Both the position numbers and the translations under genes were made by a program. Of a stretch of 64,000 nucleotides of DNA, positions 1 to 11,174 are shown piece after piece. How positions within the stretch are numbered: the first letter of the stretch is position 1; each line of letters begins with the position of its first letter. Below the pieces are notes generated by a model. It saw nothing but the letters and a program-made list of their open reading frames with translations. It was not told where the DNA came from and did not search any database. The DNA lies in the NCBI GenBank assembly GCA_964563495.1, contig CAZLYK010000003.1, positions 4,554 through 68,553 on the forward strand, read 5' to 3'. Source of the stretch: an uncultured Heliobacteriaceae bacterium (GTDB taxonomy: Bacteria > Acidobacteriota > Blastocatellia > RBC074).

Positions 1-493
1 ACTTTTTGATCGGTATGGCACTTCGAACAGGTCTCGGCGATCTTGAATCGACTGACCATGGAGCGGGAATCATCCTTGCGGAAGATCTCGTGCGAGCCGT
101 GGCAATCCGCGCAGCCGGCCGCCTTGCCCTTGCTCGATTTGGCATGAATGCTCTCTTCGTGCTCTTTGGCTATGCCTTCGTGGCAACTCGCACACGAGCT
201 GACTTTCTGCGGCGCCGGCTCGTGCGGATACTCCTTGATGTCGGTGTGGCAACCCGTACAATCGAGCGCGCTGTGAACCGATTGGCCAAAGCCGGTCTCA
301 TCGACGTAGACGCTGACCTGCTTGCCATCGACCTCTTTGGTCAGATCCTGGTTGTTGTGGCAGGCCAGGCATTCGGCATTACCCATACCCTTTTTGGCGG
401 CGGCTTTCTGCGCTGTCGTCGAGCGACTCCCAATCGTCAAAATTCCGGCGAGCAAGAAGAGGCAGCAGATAATTCCCTTGGCAATTGTTTTCA
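1..493 (-). CDS. Multihaem cytochrome c, partial; the C-terminus lies beyond the window start
   Basis: Absent from the ORF track because no stop codon falls in the window. Minus-strand translation from the ATG at 491-493 gives [20 protein letters not shown] (signal peptide) followed by CLACH, CTGCH, CASCH, CADCH and CSKCH haem-binding motifs. Confidence 0.7.
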
Positions 494-530
494 TATAGTT
501 CGGGGGTGGGATGAGCGGATCAAAATATCA

Positions 531-628
531 AAATAGACAGGATGACAGCGGTTTTCACGTTTGTCTGACCGCGTCCTCGGGTCAGACAAACGTGAAAACC
601 GCTGTCATCCTGTCCAAATCCTGTCTAT
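531..628. repeat. Palindromic intergenic element E1 (TIR AATAGACAGGAT...ATCCTGTCTATT with a 34-bp perfect core hairpin at 536-612)
   Basis: Left TIR at 531-542, right TIR at 617-628. The perfect stem is gacagcggttttcacgtttgtctgacc / ggtcagacaaacgtgaaaaccgctgtc around a 9-nt loop. The element lies between two cytochrome genes. Confidence 0.8.
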
Positions 629-637
629 TCTGCCTAT

Positions 638-988
638 TTACTTCTTGGCCAACTCGCGGACATACCCGACGAGCTGTTTGCACTTGTCCGCGCCGAGGCT
701 CTTTTCATAGCCCGGCATTTTGCCTTTGCCCTTGGAGGTGACCTCGAGGAGCTTGGCGTCGGTCATTCCCTGAACCTCTTTCGAGCGCAGGTCTTTGAGG
801 TTCAGTTTGGTACCCATGGCAGTCTTGCCGCTGCCGTCTGTGCCATGGCAGCTGGCGCACTTCTGGTTATAAAGCGTCTTGGTCTCCTGGAACATCGGGC
901 CGGCCCCGAGCGAACTCGGTGACCAGGCCACCAAAACCAAGGCGACGGATGCAAAGAAAATAGCCAGTTTTCCAAATTTGGGGTTCAT
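638..988 (-). CDS. Monohaem class I cytochrome c (periplasmic)
   Basis: ORF 638..1057; the likely start is the internal MNPKFGKLAIFF signal peptide, preceded by AAAGGAG. It has a single CASCH motif and GKGKMPGY (Met sixth ligand). It is a paralog of the ORF at 7367..7795. Confidence 0.75.
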   Translation of the reverse strand: MNPKFGKLAIFFASVALVLVAWSPSSLGAGPMFQETKTLYNQKCASCHGTDGSGKTAMGTKLNLKDLRSKEVQGMTDAKLLEVTSKGKGKMPGYEKSLGADKCKQLVGYVRELAKK

Positions 989-1097
989 CGTAAACTCCTT
1001 TAAGTTTAGTGATAGGTTAAGGGGTAAAAACGAACACTTTGATGATCCAATTACCAAATTGGTTCGATTTGATCAAGAGATCACCACCAGTTACAAA

Positions 1098-2771
1098 TTA
1101 ATTCTCACCTTTCCCGATCAGGCGGCGAATCCGCGTGTAGAAGAGCGAGACGACCAGGGCCATCAATCCGAGAAATAGAAAGGCCGCGACGCGGTACTTG
1201 GGCGCCAGGCGCGCCAGATCGACCAGGAATAGATAGACGACAGTTACCAGCATCACCCCCATCGCCATGAAACGATACTTGATATTCTGGAGCAGGTAAC
1301 TGAAGCTAAAATACCCGATCGCGACCGCCGTCCACGAGAGCGTCACATACTGGCCCGGGACGATCTGATACAAGGCGTAGAGAATCATGGCAAAAGCGAT
1401 AAAAAGATAGACGTTACGGAGCGACTCTGTCCGAAGCGTAAGCCGCTCTTTTTGCCAGTTGATAATCCGGGCGCTGGCGTGCGCGACGATGACGAAGCTG
1501 AAATTGACCAGGTTCGAAGACGGAGCGGTCGTCAGGTAAGCGAGCAGGATCCCGATAAAGATCAATGAGTTGACGACGACCAGAAATCTGGACCTGAACC
1601 AGAGAGCCATCGAGACGACGAGCAGGCTTTGCAGCGAGAGCCACAAAAAAGAGGTTGGGATTGCCGCGTATCCGTAGATCGCGATGCTCAGCGCCATAAA
1701 TCCAAAACAGGCATATATTGCCGGCGCCAGTTGCCGGTGTGTCTTCAGCCACTGGATGATCGAGATCAAGAGAAACAGCCCGGCTACACCCAGGTAGACT
1801 GCCGCGTACCTCTCCGGAAAGTGAGTCATGACCGCCAGGAAGGCGAGCAGAGAAAAACCCAGGCAGTTGAGCAAAATCTCGGCAATCGAGATCGAGAGGG
1901 CGGTCTCGGAGTCTGCTTCCTTCCGCAGGAGCGCGGGAAGAGTAAAGATTGCCGCGTATAGAAATAAATAGCCCAGGTTGTATTGATGTTCGGTCACGCC
2001 GCGCAGGGTATGCCCGGCCAGGGGATTGTTGAGCAGCCAGAGCAAATGGGTGGAGTAGGCCAGAATAGTCGTCGCCATGAGCAGCCGCCACCAGCCATAA
2101 CGGATCTCCAGGAAGACTCCGAGGGCGCAAACCACCACCACCAGCGGCAAGCCGATGTGTGTTTTGTCGATCAGCAATGCCGAGACCAGCGCCGAGACGA
2201 TCGCCAGGGTCGCCAGCCCCTGGGATTGCCGCCTGAGCGCGAGATAAAGTTGAAGCCCGACAACTATCAGGAGCAGGGAAAAAGCCGGATAGAGATAACC
2301 GATCAACGGCTCGGCTGAAAAGAAGTGCAGCCGCATGGTCGTGTAAAAGAGCAGCAGCAGGCTGCTGTTGACCGTAATCCGGGACAGGTGCGGGGTGTCT
2401 TTGCTCCAGATCTGCGCAAGATAGGACAACCCGGCGGAAGCCGCGTAGCCCAGAATGCTGGCGAGGATCGGGTATCCGAGGCTGAAGGTATAGGTCACCA
2501 GAAAGACGATGCCGAGAAAGAAAATGATGCTCCCGACCCAGGCCAGGCCGAACTCGCCTATCTTCATCTCGACGGAGCCCTGCCCATACTCCGATGGTTT
2601 CGAAGCAGAGGCGGGCGCCTGTCCGGATGCCGGGCCTGCGAGCTGAGTGACCTCCCCGGCCGGCGCCAATCCAAGGTAGTTTTCGAGACTGGCGATTCGC
2701 ACTTCGAGATTGGTCAGAGCCTCGGATATTTTCGTTTCATCCAGCCCCTGCCGAATTTCCGGATGTGTCAT
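1098..2771 (-). CDS. Polytopic integral membrane protein, DUF2339-like (about 14 predicted TM helices), soluble N-terminal coiled-coil region
   Basis: 557 aa dominated by hydrophobic helices after an 80-aa polar N-terminus. It is embedded in the cytochrome operon. Function is unknown. Confidence 0.5.
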   Translation of the reverse strand: MTHPEIRQGLDETKISEALTNLEVRIASLENYLGLAPAGEVTQLAGPASGQAPASASKPSEYGQGSVEMKIGEFGLAWVGSIIFFLGIVFLVTYTFSLGYPILASILGYAASAGLSYLAQIWSKDTPHLSRITVNSSLLLLFYTTMRLHFFSAEPLIGYLYPAFSLLLIVVGLQLYLALRRQSQGLATLAIVSALVSALLIDKTHIGLPLVVVVCALGVFLEIRYGWWRLLMATTILAYSTHLLWLLNNPLAGHTLRGVTEHQYNLGYLFLYAAIFTLPALLRKEADSETALSISIAEILLNCLGFSLLAFLAVMTHFPERYAAVYLGVAGLFLLISIIQWLKTHRQLAPAIYACFGFMALSIAIYGYAAIPTSFLWLSLQSLLVVSMALWFRSRFLVVVNSLIFIGILLAYLTTAPSSNLVNFSFVIVAHASARIINWQKERLTLRTESLRNVYLFIAFAMILYALYQIVPGQYVTLSWTAVAIGYFSFSYLLQNIKYRFMAMGVMLVTVVYLFLVDLARLAPKYRVAAFLFLGLMALVVSLFYTRIRRLIGKGEN

Positions 2772-2815
2772 AACCTCACCTCAAGATATTGTTAATGACC
2801 AGAGCCAGCCTTCTG

Positions 2816-4123
2816 CTATGGCTTGCTTTCGATCTTCTTGATCTTGAGATAGACCAGGGCGGCGAGAAAGAGGATGAAGAAGAGCGAGACCGCCAGGCCC
2901 TTTCGCCTGAAGCCCAACTCTGAGAGGGCTCTCTCTCCGGCTTTCTGGCTCTTCCTGGCAATTTCAAGGCCGGGATTGATCACTTTTTCGACCTCGCCGA
3001 CGGAGAATGTATGAATCAGGACGCGCGCATTGGTCATGCTGTCTTTCGCTTCGCTCAATTCGAATTTGGGCCGGCTAACCTCCATTCCTGCCCGCTCAGC
3101 CCGGTTGATGATGGCCAGCGCATTCTGATTGGCCGCCAGCAATGCATCCATCATTCCACGCATTTTCTCCGCAACCTGATACCCGTTATCTCCCTGAGTG
3201 TGACAGCTGACGCAGGTCGATTTTTCTCCGACTCCGATCATGTCATCGTGCGGCGGCAGGATGTCGTGATTGTTATGGCACTGGATGCACTCGCCGATCT
3301 GCATCGCGTCGAAAGCGGCCTTGTGAGGGCTGGCCTGGAAGAGCGTCGATTGGCGAACGTGGCACTGTCCGCAGACATTTGCGATCGATGCGACGCCCGG
3401 CGGCGTTGCTCCGTGGTTGCCGTGGCAATCGTTGCAGGTCGGCGCCGAAGTATCCTGACGATCATAGAGGGCTTTGGCGTGGACGCTCCGTTTGTACTTC
3501 TCGTACTGATCGGTAGGGATCTTGTAGCTCTTCATGTAGTCGGCGTTGGCGTGGCATTTGGAGCAGGTTTCGGCGACGTTCATCGAAAAAACGGCCGCCT
3601 GCGGATCGTTGATCGCCCGGACGCCGTGGCTGCCGTGGCAGCTGACGCAGGTGGCGACTTTTTGATCACCGCCTTTAAGCAGCTTGCCGTGCACGCTCGT
3701 GAAATACTCGCGTTCCTGATCGACGCGCAAAGCCGGGTTGAACTGCTTGATGAAGTCGGCGTTGCTGTGGCACTTACCACAGAACCCCGGCACATTTGCC
3801 GGCTTCGGTTTGGCGATGAAGCCTTTACGCGGGTCCATGGCCCGGGTCGGGTCATCCTGTGAAGCATCACCGCCATGGCAATTCGCGCAGGAGAGGCCGC
3901 GGGACTTGTGTATGTCGCCCTTCATTAATAGTTGCACCGGCTCACCGATCGGCCCTTCGATCTGTGAATGGCATTCGATGCAGGAGTCCTTCTTCTGCGC
4001 CGGCGCCAGGCCGAAGAGAAGTATCAAGAGCATCGCCGCGCAAAGCGACTTTCTCAATCCATGTCCGAGCCTTGGTGAGCGGGTGTCTAGCTTAATCTCT
4101 CGATCAATCTCATGCAGATCCAT
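2816..4123 (-). CDS. Nonahaem cytochrome c with a C-terminal transmembrane anchor
   Basis: Nine CxxCH motifs (CIECH, CANCH, CGKCH, CVSCH, CSKCH, CNDCH, CGQCH, CIQCH, CVSCH). A hydrophobic stretch [17 protein letters not shown] lies near the C-terminus. Confidence 0.8.
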   Translation of the reverse strand: MDLHEIDREIKLDTRSPRLGHGLRKSLCAAMLLILLFGLAPAQKKDSCIECHSQIEGPIGEPVQLLMKGDIHKSRGLSCANCHGGDASQDDPTRAMDPRKGFIAKPKPANVPGFCGKCHSNADFIKQFNPALRVDQEREYFTSVHGKLLKGGDQKVATCVSCHGSHGVRAINDPQAAVFSMNVAETCSKCHANADYMKSYKIPTDQYEKYKRSVHAKALYDRQDTSAPTCNDCHGNHGATPPGVASIANVCGQCHVRQSTLFQASPHKAAFDAMQIGECIQCHNNHDILPPHDDMIGVGEKSTCVSCHTQGDNGYQVAEKMRGMMDALLAANQNALAIINRAERAGMEVSRPKFELSEAKDSMTNARVLIHTFSVGEVEKVINPGLEIARKSQKAGERALSELGFRRKGLAVSLFFILFLAALVYLKIKKIESKP

Positions 4124-4137
4124 ATTCCCAGCCTCCC

Positions 4138-5235
4138 CTAGTCAAGATAGCCATAGACGGTCATGGCTACGATAAACAGGACAACCACCAACCCGATAGC
4201 GGTGAAGATCGAGCTTCTTTTGCCTGGTCGCGTTGGTTTGTCTAAAAAGGGAACGAGGAGCCAGAACAGCCCGCCCAGCGCGAATGCCATGATGCCGATC
4301 ACCTCGCCATCGAAGATCAGGATTTTCGCCGGGATCAGTTTGAGCGTCTGGAACATGAAGAGGAAATACCATTCGGGTCTGATGCCTGCCGGAGCGGACG
4401 CGAACGGGTCGGCTTTTTCGCCCAGTTCCCAGGGGAAGATCGCCGCCAGAGCGGCCAGCACGCCGATTGCCAGGATCCAGCCGATCAGGTCGCGGAGGAT
4501 GAAATTGGGAAAGAACTTCATGGTTTTGAGATTCTTTCCCTCAAGGCTCGGCGGCACGCTCATGCCCTGTTTTTGGACGAGCAGCAGGTGGAGGACCAGG
4601 AGGGCGGTCGTGGCGGCCGGAAGGACCGCGACATGGAAGCCGTAGAACCGCGTCAGCGTCGCGCCGGTTACATCTTCGCCGCCGCGGAGGAACCGCAGCA
4701 TGAACTTACCAATGACCGGCACGACGCCGGCGATATCAGTTCCGACTTTGGTCGCGAAGAACGCCAGTTTATTCCACGGGAGCAGATACCCGCTGAATCC
4801 GAAACCCAGCGCGATAAACAGAAGCAGGACTCCGCTGACCCAGGTGAGCTCGCGCGGGGCGCGGTAAGCCTTGAGGAAATAGACGCTGAACATGTGGATG
4901 AAGAGCGTCGCGATCATCAGGTTGGCCGACCAGCTGTGAATCGATCGGATCAACCACCCGAACTGCACCTCGGTCATGATGAACTGGACGCTTTCGAAGG
5001 CGTTTTCGGCGCTCGGCCGGTAATAGAGCAGCAGCAGTATGCCGGTGACTACCTGGACGACGAAGAGGAAGAGCGTCATCCCGCCGAAGTAATACCAGAT
5101 CTCGTGGCGGTGGATCGGGACCTCTTTCTTACGCGCAAACTCCGCTAACGCTTCAATCCCCAACCGCTCGTCCAGCCAGTCTCTGAATGCCGCGGCTCTT
5201 GGGGCTGTTTTGGTCAGCCGTGGATTCATAGTCAC
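4138..5235 (-). CDS. Cytochrome b of a Rieske/cytochrome b (bc-type) complex
   Basis: Paired-His helices ([21 protein letters not shown] and [23 protein letters not shown]) typical of the cytochrome b/b6 N-terminal domain plus a subunit-IV-like C-terminal part. It is directly downstream of a Rieske gene. Confidence 0.85.
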   Translation of the reverse strand: MTMNPRLTKTAPRAAAFRDWLDERLGIEALAEFARKKEVPIHRHEIWYYFGGMTLFLFVVQVVTGILLLLYYRPSAENAFESVQFIMTEVQFGWLIRSIHSWSANLMIATLFIHMFSVYFLKAYRAPRELTWVSGVLLLFIALGFGFSGYLLPWNKLAFFATKVGTDIAGVVPVIGKFMLRFLRGGEDVTGATLTRFYGFHVAVLPAATTALLVLHLLLVQKQGMSVPPSLEGKNLKTMKFFPNFILRDLIGWILAIGVLAALAAIFPWELGEKADPFASAPAGIRPEWYFLFMFQTLKLIPAKILIFDGEVIGIMAFALGGLFWLLVPFLDKPTRPGKRSSIFTAIGLVVVLFIVAMTVYGYLD

Positions 5236-5673
5236 CTATCCTTTCGAGACGATGATTTCGTCGCCGCGGGTGTTGACCACGTATTCTTCAAGTGGGCGGG
5301 GCGGCGGGCCGCCGACATTCTGGCCGTTCAGGTTGTAGCGCCCGTTGTGGCAGGCGCACCAGATCCCTTTCATCTCAGGCTGATACTGCACAATGCAATC
5401 CAGATGGGTGCAGGTCGCGGAGAAGGCTTTCAGTTCTCCCGCCGGCGTGCGGATCAACAGACCGGGTTTGTTGCCGAATTTGAAGATCTTCCCGGAGTTC
5501 GCCGCCAGTTCGTTGACTTTCCCGGCGACGACGGAATTCTGAGTCGCTTCGGTCACTTCCGGCGGGGTGATAAATTTGAAGATCGGGTAGAAAATGGCTA
5601 CCAGCGTAGCTCCCGCACTCGTTCCCAGCAGGTAGTTGAGGAAACTACGCCGGCGGTTCACCTCTCGATCCAT
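5236..5673 (-). CDS. Rieske [2Fe-2S] iron-sulfur protein
   Basis: CTHLDC and CACHNGRY boxes. A Tat-like [12 protein letters not shown]-terminus. The start is chosen at MDREV, 7 nt after AGGAGG. The gene abuts cytochrome b. Confidence 0.85.
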   Translation of the reverse strand: MDREVNRRRSFLNYLLGTSAGATLVAIFYPIFKFITPPEVTEATQNSVVAGKVNELAANSGKIFKFGNKPGLLIRTPAGELKAFSATCTHLDCIVQYQPEMKGIWCACHNGRYNLNGQNVGGPPPRPLEEYVVNTRGDEIIVSKG

Positions 5674-5705
5674 AAGCATCCTCCTTTTCGTGCAGGTCCT
5701 GGGGG

Positions 5706-7241
5706 TTACGGATTGCTCCCCCCTCCAGAATGGCAATCTATGCACTTGACCCCGCTGAAATCGCCCAGGTCAACCGGGTGCTTGAACGGTTTTCCCTGAA
5801 CCGGCATGACCGGCGCCCCGCCCTCTATCTGGTCAAGCACCGTGTGGCAGATGTTGCAATCGTTTCTCACTACTTTGCCTTCCCGGCTCATATGCTGCCC
5901 GTCGTGGCAGCGGAAGCAACCGGTGAAGTAGTAGTGGCTCAGGTTATCCGGGTGGGTTCGCCAATCGACCTTCATTTCCGGAAAGATGGTGTTGGTAAAG
6001 ATGCGCTGGACTTCCGAGATCGCCCCTTTGACGGACCCCTCGATTTTGGCGTACCGGTCTGAGTAATTGCTCCGATAATAATTTTCCAGGTCGGTCGCGA
6101 TCGTCCTCGTCGCCTCATTGGTAGTGGCATATGACTTGGTCAGCGTCTGGATCGCCTGCTGTTTGATGTACGGCAGCGTACGATCGAGCCTTCCGGCGAG
6201 AAGCGACTCGTCTACCGACCGATCCGGCGGAACATAGATGTGAGAGGGGCGGTTGTGGCAATCCACGCAATCCATCCGCCGCTTGGATGCCTTGGCGATC
6301 TCTTCCGGCGTGAGCGTCGAATCCTTGGCCACGTACTCGGTGATCTGGCCCTGCCTGTCTTTCATCTGTACCCAGGGGATGACCTGTCGCTGTTCATCGG
6401 TCGAGATGTAAGTAATCTCATTGGCGATGTTCATATGCCAGTGAATCCCGGTGACAAAGCCGGACTTGGCGCTGCCCCCACCGGTATTGATCAACATCCT
6501 GATCTGAGTCGGCGTATTGTTCTCGTCGGATGCAAAATGACTGAAGACCTTCATCTGAGCGCCAAAGAACTTCTCCGGCCAATGGCATTGCTCGCAGGTC
6601 TCCTGAGCGGGCCGCAGACTCTTGACCGGGGTGTGGATCGGCGTCGGGTATTTCTTGAAGAGAACGGCGTAGACCTGATATGCGCCGGAGAGCTTCGAGC
6701 GGACATACCACGTGGCGCCCGGGCCGACGTGACAATCGACGCATCCGACCCGTGCGTGAGGCGAGTTCTGATAGGCAATGAACTCCGGGTGCATGACCGA
6801 GTGGCAGGTCTGCCCGCAGAACATAACCGAATCGGTGAACTCATACGCCTGGTAACTTCCAAACGTGCTCAGGAAGAGAAAGATGAAGGACGAAACGACA
6901 AAGATAAAGACCCCGCGGCGTTGTCGCGGGTTGTTCAAATCGATCCTCGGATAGAACGGCATCCCGGCAACGGCGCCCTTATGCCGCCGCCTTCGTTCGA
7001 GGATCATTCCGAGCAGAACCAGCAGCAGGCCAACGATCATGATCGCGGGGAAGACAATGTAAGCGAAGATCCCGATATAAGGATGCTCGCGCTTCCCCAG
7101 CATGTCGACGAGGAAAAGAAAAATGATGCAGATCAGACTGGTCGTGGCAATGACCAACCCCGCCAAACTTATGAAATTGCGCGTCAGCCCGGGTACGTGT
7201 GGATTTTTCGCTTCTTTATCGAGAGGGTTCGGCGAGCTCAT
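5706..7241 (-). CDS. Membrane-anchored heptahaem cytochrome c (N-terminal TM helices)
   Basis: Two to three N-terminal hydrophobic helices followed by CGQTCH, CVDCH, CEQCH, CVDCH, CFRCH, CNICH and CIDCH. Confidence 0.8.
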   Translation of the reverse strand: MSSPNPLDKEAKNPHVPGLTRNFISLAGLVIATTSLICIIFLFLVDMLGKREHPYIGIFAYIVFPAIMIVGLLLVLLGMILERRRRHKGAVAGMPFYPRIDLNNPRQRRGVFIFVVSSFIFLFLSTFGSYQAYEFTDSVMFCGQTCHSVMHPEFIAYQNSPHARVGCVDCHVGPGATWYVRSKLSGAYQVYAVLFKKYPTPIHTPVKSLRPAQETCEQCHWPEKFFGAQMKVFSHFASDENNTPTQIRMLINTGGGSAKSGFVTGIHWHMNIANEITYISTDEQRQVIPWVQMKDRQGQITEYVAKDSTLTPEEIAKASKRRMDCVDCHNRPSHIYVPPDRSVDESLLAGRLDRTLPYIKQQAIQTLTKSYATTNEATRTIATDLENYYRSNYSDRYAKIEGSVKGAISEVQRIFTNTIFPEMKVDWRTHPDNLSHYYFTGCFRCHDGQHMSREGKVVRNDCNICHTVLDQIEGGAPVMPVQGKPFKHPVDLGDFSGVKCIDCHSGGGSNP

Positions 7242-7264
7242 CTTGGGGTATCCTTTCTCACTTT

Positions 7265-7349
7265 AATAGACAGGATGAACAGGATTTTTTCAGGATCGAC
7301 AAGCTGGAGTCCGATCATTCCTGAGAAATTCTGGTTGACCCTGTCTATT
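7265..7349. repeat. Palindromic intergenic element E2
   Basis: The element begins with AATAGACAGGATGAACAGGATTTTTTCAGGAT and ends with a CTGTCTATT terminus. It lies between the heptahaem cytochrome gene and the monohaem cytochrome c paralog. Confidence 0.75.
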
Positions 7350-7366
7350 TCCTTATCCCGGTGCGT

Positions 7367-7723
7367 TCACTTCTTTTTGGCTAATTCCCGCACGTGGGCG
7401 ACCAACTGCTTGACTTGATCCGCCCCCAGGCTCTTTTCGAAGCCGGGCATTTTGCCCTTGCCCTTGCTGATGATTGTCTGCAGTTGAGCATCGGTCTGTT
7501 TCTGTACCTCTGCCGAACGCAGGTCGCGAACCTGCATCTTCTTCCCCATGGGCGTGCCTCCGCTGCCGTCGACGCTATGGCAGGTTGCGCACTTGGTTTT
7601 GAAGGTGAGGTCGATTCCCTGCGGCATGGCGCCGGTGACAGCCGATGAGGATAAGACCGCCAGCGCCACCATTGGAAGCGCGAGTAAGGAGATCACCCAT
7701 TTGATTTTGAAGGATGAGATCAT
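7367..7723 (-). CDS. Monohaem class I cytochrome c (paralog of 638..988)
   Basis: The likely start is MISSFKIKW. It has a CATCH motif and GKGKMPGF, and ends ELAKKK like its paralog. Confidence 0.75.
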   Translation of the reverse strand: MISSFKIKWVISLLALPMVALAVLSSSAVTGAMPQGIDLTFKTKCATCHSVDGSGGTPMGKKMQVRDLRSAEVQKQTDAQLQTIISKGKGKMPGFEKSLGADQVKQLVAHVRELAKKK

Positions 7724-7837
7724 CTTACCATCTCCTTTCAAGAGAGGTTTCAAAGGTGTTGATTGATACGTAAGACCTGCGCTCCCAAAGCTCATGACAA
7801 GCTTTGGGAGCGCAGGTCGCGACGGATTGGAGACAAG

Positions 7838-9988
7838 TTAGAAAGTAAACCGCAAGCTGGTCGTCAAAATATTGGCGCGATAGTTCTGGAATGAGTTGAG
7901 AGAGATCGCCTCACTCTCGTTATAGCTGTAATGGCGATAGCTCAAATTCCCAGTCACGTTATTGCTGAACCGATACGCCAACCGAACTTCCGGGTTATGG
8001 CGACGCAGCGGGTACGAATTGACCTGATCGTTTGCCCCGAGCGTGACTGACGGGTTTCCTCGATCCATGATGTAGTAATAAGCCATCAACAGATCGAGTC
8101 GATTGGTCAGCCCGAATCGGGTATTGGCAAAGACCGAGTTGATCCGCGAATAGTAGAGCGACCTTCCGCTGATGCGCTGGGTGCCCAGGGTGTAATTGAT
8201 CAGCGCCTCGGCATAGAGATCGTGATAGTCATACCCGAGGTCGATCATGGCCCGCTGATTGGGTTCCCAGCTGACGGCTCCGGTATAGCTTCTCATATCC
8301 GACTCGTTTTTAACCAGAGGCGTTGGATTGCTTCGGTCGAGGGAAGTGAAAGTCCCGTTGAATCCGAGCTTTTCGGTCGCCTGGATTTGTGCGCGGATAC
8401 GGAACCTGGTGTAATCGAGCGGGGCAATCCGGATAAAAGCATTGTTGTTCTGCCCGTGCTCGACGTCGAACATGAAGCTCGACCGGCCGCCCGGGCGAAT
8501 CCTCACTCCACCGATGAAGGCGTGGGTGTCGATGGACTCCTCTTCATCTTTGATCACCGGATTGGTTGAGGTGGCGTTCCAGATACCCGCCAGTGCGACG
8601 TCCCGCTTCATCGCACGCCACCCTAGATTGGCGGAGAACTTCCTTCCGTAACTGATGTTGGCCTCGAGCGTGTTGCGGTATGAGGATAGATCGGTCAGAT
8701 AGCCGGAGGCGACGGTTCTCGAAAATGTATTGAGAATCGGGCCGGTCCCGGCTTGTTGAACCGAGGTGTTGGTGTAGTCCATGTCTCCCTGGATACGGAA
8801 GGCAGTGTAGTTGAAGGTATCGCTGATCGTCAGGTGTTTATTGATGTCGAGGCTGACGCCGGCGTCAATGATATTCCCGGGTCTTTCGGCGATGCCGCTG
8901 TCATTGGCGAGGCTGAGAGTGCGGGAGATGATGGTCTGCCCATTGTTGGCGCGACCGGTATCTCTTTCCCAGTAACCCGCCCTGATCCGCTCATCGTCGT
9001 GCAGGGCCCGGAAGACTAGATGCAGGCGATCGGCGATCGATCCCCGGATCCCCGCTCGGGTGACCAGAGAACGCGAACGGAACGGAGTATCACGAAAGAG
9101 CGTCGTGATCCGGCCGTTGTCCGTGGTGACATATCCGAGGTCTCCGCCGGCTCTGGAGGTGATGGTCGGATCGTTGCTGAAATTACGGTAAAGCTGCTCG
9201 GCGTTGAAATCCCATTTCCGGTAAGTCGCGTCGATGCCGACACGATAATCATTGGCATCCCAACGAGTATTACCGAAGAGTTGGAAGATGTCGCGTTCGA
9301 AGCTATAAGTGGGTGTGTAGCGCCCCTTGGCCATGCTCCGGCTGTAACCGGCGTTGAACCTGACCGCACGCTGCGGGAAGAGCTTGAGGTTGAAGTCCGA
9401 GATCTGCTGCCGCAGATCGTGATCGCGCCAGGTGACGCCGGGGATCGGCGCGGCATAAGTCCCGACCGAACGGTAGTAATTGAAACGCCGGATATTGGCG
9501 TCAAGGAGATAGAACCGGGTCTTTTCGGCGCGCATGTTAAAGTTCTGCGCCACGTCGCCGCCGGCGTTGTTGACGCTCACCTTCATGAAATCGAAGAGCA
9601 CGCCGGTGCCGGGGCGAGCGCGCATATCGAGCGAATAATCGAGGACCCGGAATCCGTCACGGACGTTGACGTCTGAGAGATAGCGCCCCTCACTCCCGCC
9701 GGTCTCGACGAAGCGATAGCCGAGCTCGATCGAGGTCGTCGTCGAATAGATGCCCCACATCCGTCCGGTTTCGGGCGCCGCCGGCTTCGGATCACTCGGT
9801 TTAGCCGAAGCGACTTTAGCCCGTTCGTACTGAACCTCCAGTTCCTTGGCCTGCTGTGTCGTCTCAGCCTTCTCGACACTGCTCTGCGCCATGACGATCA
9901 CGCCGCACAGCAGAACCAGTGTACAGATCGCTGCCCCCGTCAAAGTTCGGGAGAGCCAGAGAGAGATAGATTGCATCCTGGGTTTCAT
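7838..9988 (-). CDS. Large outer-membrane beta-barrel protein, MtrB/PioB/MtoB-like porin of a porin-cytochrome conduit
   Basis: 716 aa after the start at MKPRMQSISLWLS (signal peptide; AAGGAGG RBS). It has a C-terminal ...SLRFTF with terminal Phe and alternating hydrophobic residues typical of OM barrels. It lies immediately downstream of a periplasmic decahaem cytochrome. Confidence 0.6.
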   Translation of the reverse strand: MKPRMQSISLWLSRTLTGAAICTLVLLCGVIVMAQSSVEKAETTQQAKELEVQYERAKVASAKPSDPKPAAPETGRMWGIYSTTTSIELGYRFVETGGSEGRYLSDVNVRDGFRVLDYSLDMRARPGTGVLFDFMKVSVNNAGGDVAQNFNMRAEKTRFYLLDANIRRFNYYRSVGTYAAPIPGVTWRDHDLRQQISDFNLKLFPQRAVRFNAGYSRSMAKGRYTPTYSFERDIFQLFGNTRWDANDYRVGIDATYRKWDFNAEQLYRNFSNDPTITSRAGGDLGYVTTDNGRITTLFRDTPFRSRSLVTRAGIRGSIADRLHLVFRALHDDERIRAGYWERDTGRANNGQTIISRTLSLANDSGIAERPGNIIDAGVSLDINKHLTISDTFNYTAFRIQGDMDYTNTSVQQAGTGPILNTFSRTVASGYLTDLSSYRNTLEANISYGRKFSANLGWRAMKRDVALAGIWNATSTNPVIKDEEESIDTHAFIGGVRIRPGGRSSFMFDVEHGQNNNAFIRIAPLDYTRFRIRAQIQATEKLGFNGTFTSLDRSNPTPLVKNESDMRSYTGAVSWEPNQRAMIDLGYDYHDLYAEALINYTLGTQRISGRSLYYSRINSVFANTRFGLTNRLDLLMAYYYIMDRGNPSVTLGANDQVNSYPLRRHNPEVRLAYRFSNNVTGNLSYRHYSYNESEAISLNSFQNYRANILTTSLRFTF

Positions 9989-10005
9989 CTTAAGCCTCCT
10001 TTCCT

Positions 10006-11043
10006 TTAGCGGAAGAATCGATCTTTGTTGGACCCGTGAATTTCGAGATGGCAAAGCGTGCAATTCCCATATCGCGGACTGTTGATGTCGTGGCTGGTCG
10101 GGCTTGGCACCCCGATGCCGCCGCCGTCACCGGGTATTCCCGGCGTATTCGAATGGCATTCGATGCAGAGGAACCTGACCAGGTTCCGCGTCAGCAGTTT
10201 CGGGTTGGTCGAGCCGTGTGGCGTATGGCAGGCCTGGCACCCTTCGGCCTTGATCGGAGCGTGTTCAAACACGAACGGCCCCTGCTTGTCGGCGTGACAT
10301 TTGAGACAGGCCAGGTCGCCGTTGACCGAATTGCGCATCGATTTGAGCATAAAACCGCCGTGCTGATTGTGGCAATCGGAGCACTTCATGCCGCCTTCCG
10401 GAACTTTGTGGTGGAAGGGTTTGGCAAAGGTGGACTTTTGCTCGGCGTGGCACTGATAACACATATTCGGCTCGGTGTCCTTGAGCAGGAACTCCGTCCG
10501 CTTCGGGGAATGCGACGAATGGCAGTCCAGGCACGATACGCCGTGACGGGCGTGCTCGCTCCGTCGATAGTTGAAGCGCTCGTCATTCCGGCCCTGCGAG
10601 CCTTCGTGACATTTCAGGCAGATCGCCGTAGTTTCACTCGACGAAAGATCCTTGATATCGCGCATCTTCGCGGCCTCGACTCTGGCCGCGTCGTTCATCA
10701 AGGCGGTGGCTTCGGCGTCTTTACCGTCCTTGAACAGTTGTGCGATGGTCTTCTGGAATTCGGCGTGAGTCCTGGCGCCGCCGTGACACGCCTCGCACCC
10801 GCGCTGATCAACCGGGAACTTGTCGCCCAGTTTGGCGTGCGCCGTTAACGAGAAGAAGGCGTGCTGGCCCGTGTGGCACTCGGCGCAGGTATCGCTGCCG
10901 ATGTATTGGTTCGGGTCGTTGCTGACCGGCTTGCTCTGACCAGGTTTTGGCCTGACCGAAGCCAATGTCGTTCTTAAATTCAAGAACGTTGCGGCTGCAC
11001 CGATCAGGAACAACATTACGACGATCAGCTTGATGTGTCGCAT
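10006..11043 (-). CDS. Periplasmic decahaem cytochrome c, MtrA/PioA/MtoA-like
   Basis: 345 aa with a signal peptide and exactly 10 CxxCH motifs. The size and haem count match MtrA-family partners of MtrB-like porins. Confidence 0.8.
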   Translation of the reverse strand: MRHIKLIVVMLFLIGAAATFLNLRTTLASVRPKPGQSKPVSNDPNQYIGSDTCAECHTGQHAFFSLTAHAKLGDKFPVDQRGCEACHGGARTHAEFQKTIAQLFKDGKDAEATALMNDAARVEAAKMRDIKDLSSSETTAICLKCHEGSQGRNDERFNYRRSEHARHGVSCLDCHSSHSPKRTEFLLKDTEPNMCYQCHAEQKSTFAKPFHHKVPEGGMKCSDCHNQHGGFMLKSMRNSVNGDLACLKCHADKQGPFVFEHAPIKAEGCQACHTPHGSTNPKLLTRNLVRFLCIECHSNTPGIPGDGGGIGVPSPTSHDINSPRYGNCTLCHLEIHGSNKDRFFR

Positions 11044-11174
11044 AAGGTTCTCCTTTTAGATTCTCTCTATCCGACGATTTTCTGCGGCTGTTTTGGTCTG
11101 GCCGGACAGAACAGCTTGTTAAAAACAGTAAAAAAACCGGATGGCCTTTTGGGGGTCATCCAGGCAGCCGCAAT

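Noticed and set aside
6-536. 176-aa plus-strand ORF at the window start
   Set aside because: It lies antisense to a clear multihaem cytochrome c (signal peptide plus five CxxCH) on the minus strand. It is a GC-rich shadow ORF with no motifs.
1414-4175. Multiple overlapping ORFs of 100 to 280 aa on both strands (for example 1414..2130, 3011..3862, 3738..4175)
   Set aside because: They overlap the well-supported membrane protein and nonahaem cytochrome genes and have Arg/Pro-rich shadow-frame composition.
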